A stretch of DNA of 42,075 nt, from the NCBI GenBank assembly GCA_022614955.1, contig JAKEHP010000254.1:1-42075 (forward strand), in the 5' to 3' direction. Below, piece by piece: positions 38,482-42,075 of this stretch. The stretch's first letter is position 1, and the number at the start of each line of letters is the position of its first letter. The notes below the pieces were generated by a model that ran no database searches, was not told the origin of the DNA, and worked only from the letters and a program-made list of their open reading frames with translations. Source of the stretch: Candidatus Methylomirabilota bacterium. GTDB lineage: Bacteria > Methylomirabilota > Methylomirabilia > Methylomirabilales > JACPAU01. The position numbers and the translations under genes are program-made.

Positions 38482-39642
38482 ATGGGTCCATATTGGAAAT
38501 TCCAGGTTGGGGGTCTTTCCCGGCGTGCCTTCCTCGTTCAGACCGGGGCAGCGGCGGCGCTGCTCAAAGGGGGACTTCGGGTTCCGCTGGCCTTCGCTCA
38601 GGAACCGGTCCCCGGCAAGGAAAGACTGATCGTCCGATCCGGGCGCCCCCTCAATCTGGAGACGCCGCTCAGGGAGCTGACGTCCTGGCTGACCCCCACC
38701 GACCGCTTTTTCGTTCGGAACAATTACGATGCCCCGGCCCTCGATGCGACTCAGTGGACGTTGCAGGTAGAGGGGGAGGTGGACAGGCCCCTCACCCTGC
38801 GCCTGGACGACCTGAAAAAGCTGGAGCCGGTGACCCAGGTCGTGACCCTGGAGTGCGCGGGCAACGGCCGCGGCTTCCACACCCCCAAGGCGTCGGGCAT
38901 CCAGTGGGAGCGTGGGGCCGTGGGGACCGCTGGCTGGGGCGGTGTGCGCCTGGCCGATATCCTCCGGATGGCTGGGGTCCGGCCCGCGGGCCGGCACGTG
39001 GCCCTCGACGGGGCGGACAAGCCCCCCTCCCCCGCGGCTCCGGACTTCATCCGGAGCGTCCCCATCTGGAAGGCCCTGGAGCCCCACACGATGGTCGCCT
39101 TCGAGATGAACGGGCAGCCCCTGCCGCCCCTCCACGGCTTCCCGGCCCGGGTCGTCGTCCCCGGGTGGATCGGCTCGGCCTCCGTCAAGTGGATCACGCA
39201 TATCCGCGTGATCCGCGACGAATTTGACGGCCCGTTCATGAAGCGGAGTTACCGGGCGCCGCGGGCGGAGGACGAGAAGGAGACCTACTCCCTCCAGTCA
39301 CTCGAGGTCAAGTCCGTCATTCTCCAGCCGGCGGACGGCCAGCAGGTCCCGGCGGGATCAGTGACCGTGGCTGGGTGGGCATGGGCGGGGGAGGGGGAAC
39401 TGGCCGGCGTGGACGTCTCTACGGACGGCGGGCAGAGTTGGAAGCCCGCGGGGCTCGTGGGGGAACAGCACCGCTACGCATGGCGGGGCTGGGAGTACGC
39501 CTGGGAGGCCAAGGCCGGGCAGCACACGGTGATGGCCCGGGCGACGGACAGCTACGGCCGGATCCAGCCCCCGCAGCCCAAGTGGAACCCGCTGGGCTAC
39601 CGCTGGAATGTGATTCATGCCGTTCGGGTCACCGTGGGGTAG
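38482..39642 (+). CDS. Tat-exported sulfite oxidase-family molybdoenzyme (SorA/SorT-like)
   Basis: SRRAFL Tat motif; NLETP, FFVRN, TLECAGNGR (Mo-ligating Cys), HGFPAR, SVKW; C-terminal dimerisation domain; SD GGAGGAG. Confidence 0.93.
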   Translation: MGPYWKFQVGGLSRRAFLVQTGAAAALLKGGLRVPLAFAQEPVPGKERLIVRSGRPLNLETPLRELTSWLTPTDRFFVRNNYDAPALDATQWTLQVEGEVDRPLTLRLDDLKKLEPVTQVVTLECAGNGRGFHTPKASGIQWERGAVGTAGWGGVRLADILRMAGVRPAGRHVALDGADKPPSPAAPDFIRSVPIWKALEPHTMVAFEMNGQPLPPLHGFPARVVVPGWIGSASVKWITHIRVIRDEFDGPFMKRSYRAPRAEDEKETYSLQSLEVKSVILQPADGQQVPAGSVTVAGWAWAGEGELAGVDVSTDGGQSWKPAGLVGEQHRYAWRGWEYAWEAKAGQHTVMARATDSYGRIQPPQPKWNPLGYRWNVIHAVRVTVG

Positions 39643-39949
39643 GCGGCTGGCCCGGCGCCTCCTCCTCGGGCTCCCGGGGGTGGGGGTCGTTCTCCTCGCC
39701 CTGGCCCAGCCGGATGCGGCCTTTCCGGCGACAGGACCCCTCCCACCGGGAAAGGACGTGGATCTGGTTACCGGGCGGTGCATTATCTGCCACGGCCTTG
39801 AGCTCGTGGCCCAGCAACGTCAGGGCCGGGGAGGGTGGACGGAGATTGTTGACCGGATGATCACGTGGGGGGCGCCGATCACCCCTGACGAACGCCAGAT
39901 GATCATTGAATATCTCATAAGATACCTCGGCCAGTCTCAGACCCCGTAG
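39617..39949 (+). CDS. Monoheme cytochrome c partner (SorB-like)
   Basis: Signal/TM segment, LPPG..LV..CIICH, W...V.RM..WGAPI. Confidence 0.85.
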   Translation: MPFGSPWGRRLARRLLLGLPGVGVVLLALAQPDAAFPATGPLPPGKDVDLVTGRCIICHGLELVAQQRQGRGGWTEIVDRMITWGAPITPDERQMIIEYLIRYLGQSQTP

Positions 39950-40181
39950 GTCAAGTCCCAATTTCGGTGTAAAAGTCTCCAGGGGCAGGGTCCCATGTTA
40001 GGCCACAGCGTGTGCTGTCCCCGGGGCCCACTCGGGGTGCAGGGCATCGAGGGCCCGCAGGATCTTCGGCGTCATGCGGAGGCCGCGCCACCGCGCCGAG
40101 GCGGTGATGAGCGTGGCAAAGAGGAGTGTGAGACACGCCTGTTCCCTGGCGAAGCGGGCTTAGATAGCTGAGGAGGTCTTC

Positions 40182-42075
40182 GTGTACCGGCACATTTACG
40201 TCCCGGTGGACAACTCCGAGCATTCCAATGCCGCCATCGACGTTGCCGTCGCCCTGGGGAAGGCATTCGGGGCCGATCTCGTGGGCAGTCATGTGTACGC
40301 GGCCAAGATGCACGACTACCGGTTCCGCCAAATGGAGTACACGCTGCCGCCGGAGTACCAGGACGAGCAGGAGATGGAGAAGCAGCGGAGGATCCACGAC
40401 TCCCTGATCACCATGGGACTGCAGCTCATCTCAGACTCCTACTTGGAGGTGATGGCCCAGAAAGCGGGGGCCGCGGGGCTCACTTGCAGAAAGGTGATGA
40501 TCGACGGCAAGAACTACGCCGAGCTGGCTCGGGACATCCAGAAGTCGGACTACGACCTGGTGGTGATCGGGGCCCTGGGGATGGGGGCGGTGAAGGAAAG
40601 CAGCCTGGGGAGCGTCTGCGAGCGGACGGTCCGCCGGATCCAGACGGACACCCTCGTGGTGAAGACCGTCATGCCGCCCGACGCGCTCCCCGATGCGGCG
40701 ATCGTGGTCGGTATCGACGGGAGCCTGCAGTCCTACGCCGGCCTGCAGGCGGCCATTGCGCTGGGGAAGGCGTTCCACCGCCGGGTGGAGGCGGTGGGGG
40801 TGTACGACCCCGTCCTACACTACGCGGTGTTCCACAGCCTCGCCGACGTCTTGACGGAGAAGGCGGCCAAGGTCTTCAAGTTCAAAGAGCAGGAGCAGCT
40901 CCACGAGGAGGTCATTGACACCGGCCTGGCCAAGATCTATCAGTCGCACCTAGAGGTCGCCCGGGAGGTAGCCCGTGACCAGGGGGTGGACCTGAAGATC
41001 ACCCTGCTGGACGGGAAGGCGTTCGAGCGGATCCTCCGGTACGTCCGCCAGACGGAAGCCTGGATGCTGGTCCTGGGCCGGATCGGCGTCCACAGCGACG
41101 ACGGGATGGACATCGGCTCCAACACCGAGAACCTCCTGCGGCTGGCCCCCTGCCACGTCCTGATCACCAGCCGGAAGTTCTATCCCCCCATGGATGTGAA
41201 GGCGGAGGCCAGCATCGCCTGGACGCCGGAGGCGGAGCAACGGATGGAGAAGGTGCCGGGCTTCGTGAAGGCCATTGCCAGGACGGCGGTCCTCCGCTTC
41301 GCGCTGGAGCGGGGACACTCGGTGATCACCAACTCCGTGATCGAGCAGGTGATGGACATCTTCATGCCCAGCCGGACCGCAGAGAAGGCGCAGGCGCTGG
41401 CCTTCGAGCTGGCGGTGGAGAACATCCGGGCTTCAGACATCCCGGCATACATCTGCCGGGTCTGCGGGCACACGGTGCGGGGCGTGCAGCCGGCGGTCTG
41501 CGTGGTCTGCTCCGCGGACGCGGCGAAGTTCGAGAAGCTGGACAAGGCGACGGTGGAGGTCCTCGCGGCCTCAGAGGGGGCGATCCGGGAGGAGGAGACC
41601 TTCGACGGGCTCAAGCTCCGCTGGACGGAGGAGGCGAACCGGGTTCTGCGGATGGCCCCCTCGGGGTACATGCGCCGCCGGGCCAAGGCCCGGATCGAGA
41701 AGGCGGCACGGGTGCAGCAGGTGGAGGCGGTCAGCAAGGAGCTGGCGTGGCCGATCGTGGCGGAGACTCTTGAGGATCAGCGGGTGATGCAGGACCGGGA
41801 CGCCCTGACGCCGGAGCAGCACATGCTCCGCGCCACCCGCGCCACGGGCAGGACCGACGACCTCTTCACCTGGACGGAGGAGGCGGTGGCTCGCCTCCAT
41901 CGGGTCCCCGAGGGGTACATGCGGGACATGACCAAAAAGCGGGTGGAGGAGGCCGCCGCGGAACGGGCGACTCGGGAGATCACGCTGGAGATCGTGGAGG
42001 CCGGAATCGAAGTCGGGAAAAAGATGATGGCCGAGCTGATCGAGGCGTACAACAAGACCGGGAAGACCCCCGGAC
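40182..42075 (+). CDS. Multidomain universal stress protein: USP-USP-PCP_red-rubredoxin-like-PCP_red-PCP_red; runs off the window end
   Basis: SD AGGAGG then GTG 40182: MYRHIYVPVDNS..., GALGMG...LGSVCERTVR, second USP IVVGIDGS...IGSNTENLLR; WTPEAEQRMEKVPGFVK, YICRVCG..PAVCVVC, WTEEA twice. Missing from the ORF track because it has no stop. Confidence 0.88.
   Translation, partial: MYRHIYVPVDNSEHSNAAIDVAVALGKAFGADLVGSHVYAAKMHDYRFRQMEYTLPPEYQDEQEMEKQRRIHDSLITMGLQLISDSYLEVMAQKAGAAGLTCRKVMIDGKNYAELARDIQKSDYDLVVIGALGMGAVKESSLGSVCERTVRRIQTDTLVVKTVMPPDALPDAAIVVGIDGSLQSYAGLQAAIALGKAFHRRVEAVGVYDPVLHYAVFHSLADVLTEKAAKVFKFKEQEQLHEEVIDTGLAKIYQSHLEVAREVARDQGVDLKITLLDGKAFERILRYVRQTEAWMLVLGRIGVHSDDGMDIGSNTENLLRLAPCHVLITSRKFYPPMDVKAEASIAWTPEAEQRMEKVPGFVKAIARTAVLRFALERGHSVITNSVIEQVMDIFMPSRTAEKAQALAFELAVENIRASDIPAYICRVCGHTVRGVQPAVCVVCSADAAKFEKLDKATVEVLAASEGAIREEETFDGLKLRWTEEANRVLRMAPSGYMRRRAKARIEKAARVQQVEAVSKELAWPIVAETLEDQRVMQDRDALTPEQHMLRATRATGRTDDLFTWTEEAVARLHRVPEGYMRDMTKKRVEEAAAERATREITLEIVEAGIEVGKKMMAELIEAYNKTGKTPG

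Overview
High-GC bacterial chromosome segment; gene content and style suggest a Methylomirabilota/Rokubacteria-like or deltaproteobacterial-like organism (inference, not determined). The left 3.5 kb holds the end of a GHKL ATPase/kinase gene, a STAS-winged-helix regulator, and a small decaying integrative element (frameshifted resolvase remnant, excisionase-like HTH, Xre repressor, tyrosine integrase). The element lies on the 5' side of tRNA-Thr(CGT), and the integrase ORF ends inside the tRNA. The rest is mostly housekeeping: ubiE/menG, ubiA-like, metG, PSP1/RicT, holB, tmk, selA, acuC-like, rnd, pckG, uppP and tatAC. There is a strong Mo/W/Se theme (moaC, tupABC with a GntR-PBP regulator, two moeA, a SorAB-like sulfite dehydrogenase, selA). 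A lower-GC two-gene secreted hydrolase/Ig cassette and a truncated USP-PCP_red-rubredoxin multidomain gene are also present. Top finding: the PSP1/RicT (YaaT) gene ends in a CGSGGG repeat tail, and its apparent TGA stop falls exactly where the next Cys is expected. The TGA is followed by a hairpin fitting the bacterial SECIS model and by an in-frame TAG 7 codons later, with selA about 4 kb away. This is a candidate unrecognised selenoprotein.
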